A stretch of DNA of 63,736 nt, counting the filler, from Octopus bimaculoides (taxonomy: Eukaryota): NCBI RefSeq assembly GCF_001194135.2. It is 6 parts of 6 records of this genome, joined end to end, with 100 filler letters (N's around TTAATTAATTAA, not from the genome) between each part and the next. Parts side by side here need not be neighbours in the genome. Positions count along the whole stretch, not along the records: positions 24,994 to 41,124 come from NC_068990.1; 5 more parts are not named here. One strand, 5' to 3'. Position 1 is the stretch's first letter. Each line of letters starts with the position of its first letter. Below, piece after piece: positions 28,451 through 40,236 of the stretch. The translations under genes were made by a program, and so were the position numbers. The notes beneath the pieces were generated by a model. It was given only the letters and a program-made list of their open reading frames with translations. It ran no database searches and was not told where the DNA came from.

Positions 28451-28957
28451 AATATAGCCTGAACAGGATAATCCACCCCTAATTTGCAGAAAAAAGTGTT
28501 GGCGGCCAGCTATGAGACACGAACTCACACCTCCATGATTACACGTTCTGGTGGTCTAAGACTGATTAAGCTAAACTGCCCACACTACAGATTTCTCTGC
28601 AAATTTAAGATGTATAGAAATCTCGCTTTATGAGACGCTATTATATGTTAAATTCAAATTATGATAAATGTAAACAAACAAATGAAGCCTGCTTTTAGAA
28701 CCGTTGAGATGTCTTAGAAAGTTAAAGAAGTGATTTTTAAATTCTCAAACACAGGATAATGCTAATAATATAGCCTAAACAGGATAAGCTACCCCTAATT
28801 TGCAGAAAAAAGTGTTGTCGGCCGGGTAGGCTATATTATTAGCATTATCCTGCATCTGAGAATTTAAAAATCACTTCTTTAACTTTCTAAGACATCTCAA
28901 TGGTTCTAAAAGCAAACTTCGTTTGTTTACTTTTATCATAATTTGAATTTAATATAT
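28451..28957. mobile_element. Small element with direct repeat + long fold-back and an internal tRNA-like segment
   Basis: 57-bp direct repeat (28451-28507 vs 28767-28823). ~133-bp inverted arms (28643-28777 vs 28827-28957). tRNA-like sequence on the minus strand at 28504-28579 (…GTGAGTTCGTGTCTCA…). Flanked by (TA)n/(TAA)n. Confidence 0.65.
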
Positions 28958-31239
28958 ATATATCTCCACCAATGCAGAGTTGAGCACTCACTTCATCATT
29001 AGAGCACTTATTTCATCATCCACGTTTTCATGCTTGGACAGGTCAGATGGAATTCATGGAAGCATTTTCTATGGCTGGATGTTCTTCCTGGCACCAACCC
29101 TCACCAAGTTTCCTATATTTCTCCATAGCTAGCACGACAGAACATTTTCACAGAAGATTGAAAATGAAAAACAACTCTTTAAAGACACTCGTTTACAACT
29201 ATTGTGATGTGAAGACAAGGACACACACATCACTATCACTGTATTAACTTCCAATTTTCCATGCTTACATGTGTCGGATGAAATTTGTTGATGCTTATTT
29301 TCAACAACTTGATGTGTTCCCTGTCACCAACCCTCACCTGCTTTTATTCCAAGCATGGTAATAATTCCCCAAGATCAGACAAGTTTTTACAGAAGACTGG
29401 AAACATTTGTATGATGGTGACACTTGTTTACAATTCACAAGCAATGCCAAAACAAGGAAGACACCAACTCCCACACATATACATGACAAGCGTCTTTCAG
29501 TTTCCATCTACCAAATTCACTCACAGGGCTTTGGTAAACCTGAGGTTATAGTGGAAGATACTTACTCAAGATGCTGCACTGTAAGTCTGAACTCAAAACC
29601 ACATGGTTGGGATGTGAACTCGTTAACCACATAGCCATAACTATTCATATAATGCAGGTTAGCCAGGTTTCTTCTCTAAAAGCAAGATGACTGCGTCTGT
29701 CCTTTTATCATACTTTAGCCTCTCAACACCTGGCATAAAGCCACCCCCTCTCTCTACAACAATCCCACTTAGTCAAGGGGGCTTTTGTGTTCTCTAGCAA
29801 CTTACCTGCCCCTGTCTCCCACACATTTAAACTCTCCTACCCTCAGGGGGTCTTGATACTTTATTACCACCATATTTTCTCTTTTTCTAACTGGAATAAC
29901 CATGTATCTCCTTGACAGCAAGACATTGGTTCATATCCTATCATACTCTTACCTCCCAATACTTGGTATAAGCCTTCCCCCACTCAATCAAAGAGTCTTG
30001 TCTTATGAGTTACTTGGCAACCTCACTAGTGCCAGTGACGCGCACACACACACAATTCAGCACACTCTGTGAAGTGGTTAACATTAGGAAGGGCATCCAT
30101 CTGTAGAAATCATGCAAAAGAAAAACAAAAGCTCAATAGTCTTCAGACTAATTTAGCTCCTGTCAAACAGCATAACTCATGCCAGCATGGAGGACATTAA
30201 ATGATGTACATTTATGTAGGGATGAATGTATACGTGTATGTACACACAAATATCTTTCTACAGCTTCTGTGCTCAACATGCATTGTTTCCTACCCCTTTA
30301 GCCCATCCCCACAACCCCTACCTCAATTTTCTTCTATGTCCCTCTTCAGATCTTCACCATTCTCATATTTTCCATCTTTCATATAATCTTGACCTAACAA
30401 ACCCCCTCTACACAATCTACCTCACTATTCTTACTATTCTGTCCTTCACTTTCTCACTAAACCCCAACACCAATCTCTCCCTCTTTTCATATCATATACC
30501 CACCCAACAAACAATGTTTTTGGTGTTAGTTTCTCCACCACCACCTCAATAAATCTATTCCTCCTATCATACTATACCATCTCTCATCACCTAAAACCAT
30601 CACTTTTTCCCATTCTCCTTTTCAGTTTGCAAAGATCTTTAGTACTGCAAATTGCAAAGCAGCTTCACTTGGAATGTGTGGTAAGGAACATGCTTCCCAA
30701 ATACATGGTTCCAAGTTCAGTCCTACAGCATGGTACCTTGAGCAAGTGCCTTTTACTATAAGCTCAGGCAAATCAAAGCCTTGTGAGTGGATTTGGTCAA
30801 TGGAAAATGAAAGAAGACTGTTGTATGCATGTGTGTGTGTGTGTGTGAAACTGTCTGTGTTTGACCCCTGCCACTGTAACTTAGTGGTTTGGAAAAAGAG
30901 GCTGATGGAATAAGTACCAGGCTTAAAAACAAAGATGAATACTAGAGTCAATTCATTTGACTAACATTCTTCAAAGTGATGCCCAAGCATGGCTGCAGTC
31001 TAACGACTGAAATAAGTATAATATAAAATATATACATAAAATGACATCCTGTGCACTGTAGACTGACAAATTAGGAAAGAACATCCAACTATAAAAACTT
31101 TGCCAAATGCTGCATATTAGCACTAACCTATGAGAGTAGTGGCTCCCAAAAAGAGACGGTCCACACTGGATGTGACAACAACCCTCCATTTAATATAGTA
31201 AGTTTCAACCAACATAGCTAGGTGCATCCTGTCATTGGC

Positions 31240-31720
31240 TAAGAAGCATTTGCCTAGAGATCGTAACTACTATAAGCTCTTCAACCTAAACAATGTTAAA
31301 ATTAGTTACTCCTGCTTAGACAACATCACTTCTAGCATTGCATGTTACAACAGACAAGCACACATACACAACCTCCAACTGCCAAAGCCCTACTGACTAC
31401 ACTCTGAGAGGATCCTGCTTCTACAGAGTCACCCCACACCATACAATGGCATTACAAAGCACTAGACAGGCATGCTGGTCAGTCACTTCAAAGGAGAGCA
31501 TACACATCATATGCACTCCCCTCAGATGCAGGGATAGTGAAAACTCCATCTTGTCCTGCTCTATCTGGAGACTTTGAAACCTCCAGAATGACCCCCATGA
31601 CATCTAATGGAGTATTATTAACAGGGCCCCACCTTACACATCCATAGCCTGCAACTGCCAGCTCAACCTTTGCAAAAGACTTCATATTCTCTAGTATCCT
31701 GCAATATCCATCAAAAATAT
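31240..31720 (+). mobile_element. Decayed Penelope-like GIY-YIG region
   Basis: KLFNLNNVKISYSCLDNI and FKGEHTHHMHSLRCRDSENSILSCSIWRL resemble PLE motifs (KISYSCM.N; FK.RY.NH..SF...ST.LS..IW.L). Confidence 0.55.
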
Positions 31721-31914
31721 AAACAAACTTGTCACCAGAGGTGAGCCTTCCTAGCTAACTTCAAGCCACTGGTCACTGACAATTCAGATATACCACCCTA
31801 AGCTTGGCTGCCCCATATGCAAGGGCAGGGTACTTAACTTCTGCTGCCTGTTGAGACAACAGACTTAACCATTCAGACCGTTCAGCCTTATGTATTTTCT
31901 GTAATCTTCCAGCA

Positions 31915-32180
31915 AATGGCTTAGTAGTTAAGGCATCTGGCTCACAATTATTAGGTTCTGAGTTCAATCCTCAGTGACATGTGGTGTCCTTGAGCAAGAC
32001 ACTTTATTTCACATTGCTCCAGTCCCTCAGCTGGCCAAAATGAGTAGTACCTGTATTTCAAAGGGCCAACATTGTCACACTCTGTGTCATGCTGAATCTC
32101 CCTGAGAACTACATTAAGGATACGTGTGTTCTGTTGATTGGATCAACTGGAACTCTTGCCATCATGACCAATGGACTGCC
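31915..32180 (+). mobile_element. tRNA-SINE variant: different 5' half, same 3' half as 55863
   Basis: …gagttcaatcc…gtgtccttgagcaagacactttatttcac…cctgtatttcaaagggcc…ccctgagaactac…. Confidence 0.75.
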
Positions 32181-32886
32181 ATAATTGTCTTTATATGTGT
32201 GTATATATGCTTTCCTTTGCGACGCTAAATCTTAATTCAACAAATTTGATTGTTCAAAAATACTGTTGCCACATCATTACACACACAAATAATAGAGATA
32301 TGTAAATACACATATACCAGATGTAACATACACTCACCCATTCATGCAGATGCACACATACATATATACACAAATACAGATCTGCATATACCACACATAC
32401 CAGATGTATTCAAAAGACATACTAATAAATGCATACCAGGTATGTACATACATTTGTACATGCACTCACCCACACACTTGATACACACATGTTCCAGATA
32501 TACAAACCCAGGTATACATGTACACATGCATCAATGAACTAATGTTGTTAACCCACACACATACATTGGCATACTGGTATTGCCAGCAATTCTCACTCCA
32601 CTTCCCAGACAGAGAGGCCCCACATCTTGTCTAAGTATGCAGTCATAGAAATACAGATTGGGATAAGCACTGATGTTGCTTTCATACCAATATCTATAGC
32701 AAACAATACCATATGACTTGCCTTGATCAATAGCAGCCCAGTCTCCAGAAACCATTTGGTTACCTTAGCCTAACAAGCTTAGTTTGTCTAACGAGTCCAC
32801 TAAACTAAGATGCAGAGAGCTGAATCAAACTGTTATTAAATAACATATATGCGTGTGCTTGTGCACACACACACACACACACTTAC

Positions 32887-32906
32887 CTGAATTTACATTT
32901 TAAGAA
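32887..32906 (-). CDS. Probable 20-nt microexon (FLKCKF+AG) of the same gene
   Basis: TAG acceptor after an 82-nt intron, strong CAG|GTAAGT donor. Phase 0 in and phase 2 out, compatible with both neighbouring exons. Confidence 0.5.
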
Positions 32907-32988
32907 CTATATTTTTAGTGAAATAATAAAAAAGCATCATTTCTGAAATTTTCAAAGCCCTTTATAAATGAAACAAAGAAAAACTTAC

Positions 32989-33108
32989 TTGTACTTTGGG
33001 GGGGCCATCAATTTTCATTGTGTTATGTGCCTGTGTTGCAGTTTTAGCTGACTTATCCTTGCTATTCCTACTGTTGGCACGCGAAGTGCTCAAGGCTGTA
33101 TTCATCAT
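32989..33108 (-). CDS. Probable first coding exon of an unidentified gene (exon 33143-32989 with 35 nt of 5'UTR)
   Basis: Minus strand: polypyrimidine tract + TTTGCAG acceptor, in-frame TAA upstream of the ATG, 40 open codons MMNTALSTSRANSRNSKDKSAKTATQAHNTMKIDGPPKVQ, then a GTAAGT donor (phase 0). No homologue recognised. Confidence 0.6.
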
Positions 33109-33729
33109 ACACACTTATTATATACAACACTTATATACAAAACCTGCAAAGAAACATGAAAAAAAAAAAGGGAACTGAATGTATTTTCAAACAAAAGGCA
33201 AGAGAAAATTTTAAATTTGTAAACTTCTAGTTGATTAAAAAGCACAAATGTTATCAATACCTTTACGTCAATTGAAAGTATATTCAAAAATTTTCAAGTC
33301 CAGTTCCCTGTACAAGACTTTCTACAGTTGGGTGCCCTTCCTGTTGCCAACCCTTACCCTATTTCCAAGCACGGTAATATTCCCCTCCGACCAGACATGT
33401 TTTGCAAAATATTGGAAATGATTAATTATTTACAATAACCACATGATGACAAAGAGGCACAAGTATAAAAACACTCTTACATACTATGGGTTCCTTTCAG
33501 TTTCCATTAACCAAATTGATTCACAAGGCTTTGATTGGCCCAGGGCTATAGTAGAAGACACTTACCCAAGGTGCTGTGCATTGGGACTTGTTCCCAAGAC
33601 CATGTGGCTGGGAAGCAAGTTTCTTTACACAGCCTATCATAGGACTATTTTCTGTGCAATGTAATATTTACTACTTGTAATGACTACACCATGGAAATAC
33701 CACCTAAGTAATTTTTATCAAATCTTTTA

Positions 33730-34000
33730 GAGACAGCATCATTTGTAATATAACTGGAAGGTACCCCTCTGTCAGAAAAATATACTACAATTTAGTACCT
33801 TCACAGCTGCAAGTACCCTACCATCAACAGATCTTCCTGCTGTCAGAACTTCTTCAAAGAGGAAAGATAATCTGTTGGCAGATTTTCTTGATCCAACATT
33901 TTTGTAAAATAGTTATCAAAGATAGAACATTCTGTTTCCATTTCCAGTTCTTCATATGACTGTGATAACTTGGATAACTGATACCAGATGCTGTCAAAAA
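33730..34000 (+). mobile_element. Very decayed RTE-like RT fragment
   Basis: Weak motifs (LEGTPLSEK..YL; SSSSYDCDNL resembling LLYGCETW) with stops. Confidence 0.3.
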
Positions 34001-35762
34001 CAACTGCACACACTGTCATTTGGTATCCCTAAATTAATACAATGAAAACATGTAGCAAAGGTCCATACAGCATCTCTACACAACAATGGCATAAGTGCAC
34101 AATGAAGTTTGATAGATTTAGATGACCCATCCAACCAAATAAAATCTAGATCTATGCACCCCACTTCCATGCTTACCACTGCGATATCCTCCTCCCCTCC
34201 AATTAACTTCTCAAACCTGCATACAATATCCCTGTTCAATCCCTTCCTCACAACAGGGTCTCCTAAGACTCCCCTTCACTACCAGTACCCACTCCTTACA
34301 TCTCCCCACTTCTAGCTCTCACTCTTTCACTCTTGTTAACTCACATCCTCTCCACCCACCCCCCGGTTCACTTCACTATATATACCTCCCTGTAACTTGG
34401 GTGGCCCCTTCCCCCTTCCCATCACTTCCTTTCTCTCTACCTGAAGTAGCTATGTTTCTAGTCCCTCAACACTACTCTCCTAGTTGAGGGGTCTTGGCCT
34501 GCAAGTTACTTAGTGACTTCATGCCACAAATCAAAAAATAAAAAAAGCACCCAGCACATTCTGTAAAGTGGTTAAGTGTTAGCAAGGGCATCCAGCTGTA
34601 GGAACCATGCCAAAACAGATAACAGAGCTTGGTGAAGCCTTCTGGCTCATTGGTTCCTGTCAAATCATCCTGCCTATGTCAGCATAGAAAACCAAAGTTA
34701 TATAATGATGACTGTATTCAACCTCGACATATGAGCTAGAGACAACTGGAACTCCCTCACTTTCCTTGTTATATTAACAGTTAACCTGTTTATGAAATGA
34801 ACAGAAATTTTAAATGGTTGGTTTCAAGATAAAACTACATCTATCTGAGTAGAGATATTGGTAAACTTTTTAAAAGCCAATTATGCTTAAGTGAGAGTCT
34901 GGTTAGTTGCAGTCATTTGAGGTACAAACAACTGAGGTTAGTGCAACTACTTTTTTAGAAGTCGATTGGAAGAGGAGGAGGAGGAGGGCAGAAAATTTAA
35001 CTAAAAGTCAAAGCTAACTCTAAAAACATAAATATACTTTACAGCGTTTTTTTTTTCTAAATCTTAAAAAGGCTGCTAAAATAAGCATTATGAAATTTAA
35101 ATATATTTTAATAAATAAATTTAATAAAGGTTTTTGAGTCACATTACAAGTAAATGAATGATCATTACACAACACCAAAAAATAAGGAGCAACTGACAAA
35201 TATTAACCAAAGTTGACAGGTCAACTGGCTTAAGTAGCTAAGTCTCTCAGCAAGTCCAACTTCCAGCCTAACTTTAACTAAAGTTTGTTTTACAAAAATT
35301 CAATACAGTTCAATATTTTACAATACATAGTCTTTAAATGTGTGTGTGAGTTGAAATTAACCAGTATGGAGAGTACATAAAAATTGGAGGAATATTTCAC
35401 AAAGGAGGGATAAACTTGTTTTTTTTTTTTAAGTAATTAAAACTTTTATGCAATTTATAATTCTTGTCAACAAGGCTAACAATTTCTCATTTAAAACTAT
35501 TGTTTTTGAATTTGGTTTGCAAGATTCCTGATGTGAATTTGTACATTGAAACAAATTTTCTATTTCAAGATGGTCATTATGCCATGCAGTAATGACCCTA
35601 CCAGGACAATAAAACTTTAGTTTTCTAATTAAAATGATGTGTACAATGGCATATACACCAAGATACGACGGTAAACTTTTACCGATACGACTGCCATATC
35701 ACAGTTCCTTGTTTTGATAGTGCTACTTTATTCGTATACTAATAACAAACCATCCACTACAT

Positions 35763-36077
35763 CAGTGTTTCCCAACCTATTTCTCCCTAAGCCCCACTAT
35801 AACTTTCCAGAAAAATGTATGCCCCATCGGTGGTTGGAAAAAAATTAATTTTAATATTTCATAATTATACACTCTCCTAAAAGAAATATCTACACTAGGG
35901 AATTAGAATAGCTCTATACAGTAGAAAACACGTCTCGAAGTGTGCTTGGCTGGAGGGATTAGCTTGGTTCGGCTGAGAATGTTTGCTGTGAAAAACAGAT
36001 TTTTACAATTCCAAGTTAAAGAAAAATGGATCCCACGCCCCACCGATGCGGCATACGCGCCACGTTGAGAATTACTG
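35763..36077. mobile_element. hAT (Charlie-type) MITE with 8-bp TSD
   Basis: CACTACAT | CAGTGTTTCCCAAC ... GTTGAGAATTACTG | CACTACAT. Confidence 0.88.
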
Positions 36078-36499
36078 CACTACATGATCGAGTTAAAGTT
36101 GCTTGACTTGCTAAAAATGGCAATTAAATTTCCGCCAACTCATCACACCCCTCTGGCATAAAAAGGACAAATAATGTAGTCCTGGGCTCTCCATATACTA
36201 GAAAATAATAGGATGGTCATAGGTAGAATGCCTTTGATATAGGTCTACTCAATTGAAAAACTTTTAATTTAGCGAAAATGAATGCAATTAACAATACAAT
36301 AAGTCACAGATTATAAAAGCAAACAATCAGGAGTAATATTGAAATAGTCAGATAGATAATAGTTTTGTATGTAATTCATTAATTTAACTAATACAAAGAT
36401 TCAGAAAATGAATGTGATAATCCGGAGGAGTACCTGCAGCGACACAGTTTTTCTAGGTTAGGTGACAATATACATTTTTTTTTGTTTTGTTTTACTCGG

Positions 36500-37460
36500 T
36501 TTCGTGTGTGTGGAATTCAAAACAAAATATTTAATTGGTTACGGTATTGTGGAAATAAGAACGATTCGCAAGGACTAATTCCAATGATTTACAGGAACCA
36601 AAGCAAAATACAAAGTTCGACTCTAGTTGAAATCCAAATCGATAGAAAAAAATAAGGTTAGGCGAATATCACATGCAGAGAGAGAGAGAGAGAGAGAGGA
36701 AAGGGGGTGTGAGATGAATGTAAACAAGGATATATTTTACGAAGAACAAAAAGTAAAAATATCCAAGTTCCGTTCTAAATGTTCACCTAAAAAATGAGGA
36801 TTCATAAAAAGGAGACGATAACACAAAAGAAACAGATAATTGTCGGATTTGATTAAAGTATATAAAAACAGCAATCTTATTAATCTTTGAAGTTAAGCTG
36901 ATCTTGTATTAAGATTATCGGAGGAGGTGGTAGGACTGGACGACATTTTGGTTACCCACTAGAGAATAATAATAGTGGTGATAGTATTGTTACAATTATT
37001 GCTGAATGTTTAACATATCTTAAATATCAACATGAGATAGTCGGATTTCTTGAATGAAGGACCGTATTAAAGTAGTTTGTCCACTCCGGATGGGTAGTTT
37101 AGTTTTGTACTAAAAGAGTAGATTTTCATGCAACATCAGACACAGCTCTCCATACCCGTAGCAGAACAAACTCATTTTATTTAGCTAGTGCTTTGCTTGG
37201 TTTCTACTGACAATATAAATAATTGTCGAGATGAAGGAAAACGTTGCACAGTTTACTTTTAGGGGCTCATTTATGCAATGTAATCACTACTGGTTAGTTT
37301 TCAACTACCAAGTGGAACACAGTATCTAAGTTAAAAAATTTCACTTTATTTTTGTACAACAATCTAAATTTAACACTTTTATAGAGCAACCTTTGGAACT
37401 TTTTTTTTACAATAAAATGGCGAACAAAATGCGAGAGAAAAAAACCAATCCATTATGGTA
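36500..37460. promoter_or_regulatory. Promoter-like region between the divergent minus-strand gene and the KCTD exon
   Basis: CpGs are visibly retained relative to both flanks. YY1-like AAAATGGCG (37414-37422), CCAAT (37445-37449) and a possible donor TG|GTAATT (37458). Boundaries approximate, judged by eye. Confidence 0.4.
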
Positions 37461-37604
37461 ATTGAATTCATATTAACTAGCACTTACGATGCATTCTATG
37501 AGAGAGTAGTGCTAAGAGTTACAAGGCATAAAAACTTTATTTTCAGTTTTTATCAAAGGTGGCGCACCTGCAATGTTTTGTACATGGACATTTGTGTCAG
37601 TGAA

Positions 37605-37648
<44 letters not shown>

Positions 37649-37850
37649 NNNNNNNNNNNNNNNNNNNNNNNNNNNNNNNNNNNNNNNNNNNNNNNNNNNN
37701 NNNNNNNNNNNNNNNNNNNNNNNNNNNNNNNNNNNNNNNNNNNNNNNNATACATACACATATATATATATATATACATACACATATATATATATATATTG
37801 TCTCTGGTGGAAGTTTATTATTATATTGCAAATCTCACTTTCTATTACAG

Positions 37851-37946
37851 ACTCACATGAAGAATGTCTATCGAGTACTTCAGTGTTCAGAAGAAGAATT
37901 AACACAGATGGTATCAACTATGTCAGATGGCTGGAAATTTGAACAG
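37851..37946 (+). CDS. KCTD5: Internal coding exon of a KCTD5/KCTD2/KCTD17-family BTB protein (C-terminal domain)
   Basis: Bounded by ...tattacAG (37849-50) and GT (37947). 96 nt, phase 0/0, encoding [32 protein letters not shown], nearly identical to the recalled human KCTD5 segment [30 protein letters not shown]. Paralogue assignment within KCTD2/5/17 is not resolvable. No other KCTD exon recognised. Confidence 0.9.
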
Positions 37947-39057
37947 GTCACTACTCAACTCTTCTTACAATATTCATAATATGAACAGATTTTTGAATAT
38001 TTATTGAGCCCTACTTAGCAAAGTTTCTTGTATCATACATGAAAGTACCATCATCCATTATGTAAAACAAATATTGATGTCACATAAATAGCAATGACAG
38101 TAATAACTATTTGGCATGGAATATTGCTAACTGAATAGACTTTATTGTATTACTGGAATTTATTTAATTAGTCTTGGAAAATCTATTTGAACACTGAATA
38201 GAGCAGAACACACTGAAATATTGTAAAAGCCAATGATCTACAGTTCCAGTTAACTCCATTACATCCAAATAAAAATCATGATAATGATTTTGCATATATT
38301 GTAGGGCATATATTATTGGAGAGTTATACAGGTGATAAAATTTACTCAGTCCAGATCAAGTACTTTTTTCATCAACTTTTGAAAATTAACTGAACCCAAA
38401 AAAATGAAAGACAAAGTTATTCCTAGGCAGGGAAAGTTACTTCTTAGTAATGACAATAATGACTATTTTTTTATCTGTCTACACACAACACCATTTATAG
38501 AAAATAGTTATAACTGATTGAATGAGTCCCTCTATGTTACTAGTATTGATTCATAGATCATAGAAGAATATAAGTCAATCAGCCTGAGTATGGTTTAGTA
38601 CCAGCAAACTATATTCCACCTTCTATTGCACTTCCATTCATATTGAGGGTACGTTATAGGAATCAACCCTGATACTTGTATTAATTCAGTTCTGAGCCTG
38701 TGAGGCATTCATCACTAGTTTATTTTTTTTTCTCTCTTCCATGAAGAATGAAAGGATGAAATCTAAGTTGACTTCATCAAAGATTTGAACTCAGAACATA
38801 AAGAGTTGTAACTCAGTTATTTCAGTCCATCACTCTATGATTCTGCCACTCCAGCAGTTTTGCCAAGAATATATACATTATTCTTACATTGATTTCAACT
38901 GTTCTGCTGTATCTATACTGAAGATGTCACTATGTTGTTAATCACTCTACAGATTTTCCGTAGAAATGATAGTCAGCACTGATTGTTGTTATGACGTTTC
39001 ATATCCAAGACACCTGAAGTGAACAACAATGAGATCAAAGATAAAAAAATGGGTAAC

Positions 39058-39105
39058 GAGCATATGTACCATATTTCAGGAGTTTTTGCTCCTTTATCAG
39101 CTCCC
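39058..39105 (-). ncRNA. Degenerate type I hammerhead (G8>A)
   Basis: Reverse complement reads GGGAG CTGATAA AGGAG CAAAAA CTCCT GAAA TATGGTACAT A TGCTC, with a perfect 5-bp stem II. Confidence 0.65.
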
Positions 39106-39623
39106 ATCCAACCCATTAATCATTCGCAAATACATTGCTTAAATAGCCACTAAATATAGCAGTGTAACATTATTGGATGTATCAATTTTACATATTAAAA
39201 CATTCCTGGATGCTGAATGACCTACACGGACATTGTATTTTGTTATGCAACTATAATATACTACAAAGTATATTAAACGTTTTTATAAGTCAATAAGTTC
39301 TACTGTCTTAGCAGTGCTATTACATCACTTAAGGTTAAGGTTATCTATACAGATTATTTATAGAAATTATAACCAGCACTGATTTTTGTTACGACATTTC
39401 ATATCCAAGACGCTTGATGTAAATAACAATGAGATCAAAGGTGGAAATGGCTAATGGGCATATATGCCATATACTTTGTAGTATATTGTGGTTGCATAAA
39501 AAAATATGGTGTCCCTACAGGCCATTAATACTTATGCACCAGCTTTGAGGAATGTGTATAATGTGTAAAATTGGTATATAATGTTACACTGCTATATTTA
39601 AGCAATGTTCATGGATGATTAAT

Positions 39624-39665
39624 GGGTGCTGATGAAGGAGCAAAAACTCTTGAAATATGGCATTA
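39624..39665 (+). ncRNA. Degenerate type I hammerhead (intact core, cleavage-site region deleted)
   Basis: GGGTG CTGATGA AGGAG CAAAAA CTCTT GAAA TATGGCAT, then a ~10-nt deletion relative to the copies at 39058 and 39456. Confidence 0.65.
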
Positions 39666-40161
39666 CCCATTTTTCATCTTTGATCTCATTGTTGTTTACA
39701 TCAGGTGGCTTGGATACGAAATGTCATAATGAAAATCAGTGCTGGCTATAATTTCTATAAATAATCTGTAGTGATAACTTTAACAAGTGATTTAATAGCA
39801 CTACTAACACAGTATTGACATAAAAAAATGATTAATATACTTTGTACTATATTATGGTTCTATAATGAAATATGGTGTCCCTACAGGTCATTAATGTTAT
39901 TGACGTCCTTTGTTAGGTGTTGCTGGACAAAGAAGTTTAAAGTTTCTGTCCTCAGTGCCAATGGTCACCAGATATTTCTGTCTTGAATTGCCAAAACTTT
40001 CTCTGTACAACATATTTTTCACATATTCTAAGAGTTTCTTTATTTGACGCGGCAAAAGTTGAAATAGAGAATACTGGTCCATGAGAAAATTGGTAAATTA
40101 ATATTTCATAAAGAATTTTTCATTTTTTTCTCTATAAATGTGTAATGTTGTACTTTTGCAA

Positions 40162-40162
<1 letters not shown>

Positions 40163-40236
<74 letters not shown>

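Larger units (their letters stand above)
38890..39895. mobile_element. Tandem-plus-inverted array of a ~370-400-nt HHR-bearing monomer (retrozyme / non-autonomous Penelope-like)
   Basis: Direct repeat with period 400 (e.g. 38974 vs 39374, 39000 vs 39400). From ~39471 the same monomer runs inverted with period 366 (39511 vs 39877). HHR motifs lie on opposite strands. Confidence 0.75.

Noticed and set aside
28504-28579. Functional tRNA gene
   Set aside because: Arms poorly paired and embedded in a repeat; treated as tRNA-derived sequence.
29790-29810. Strong CAG|GTAAGT donor on the minus strand
   Set aside because: Lies inside a repeat copy with no open exon upstream.
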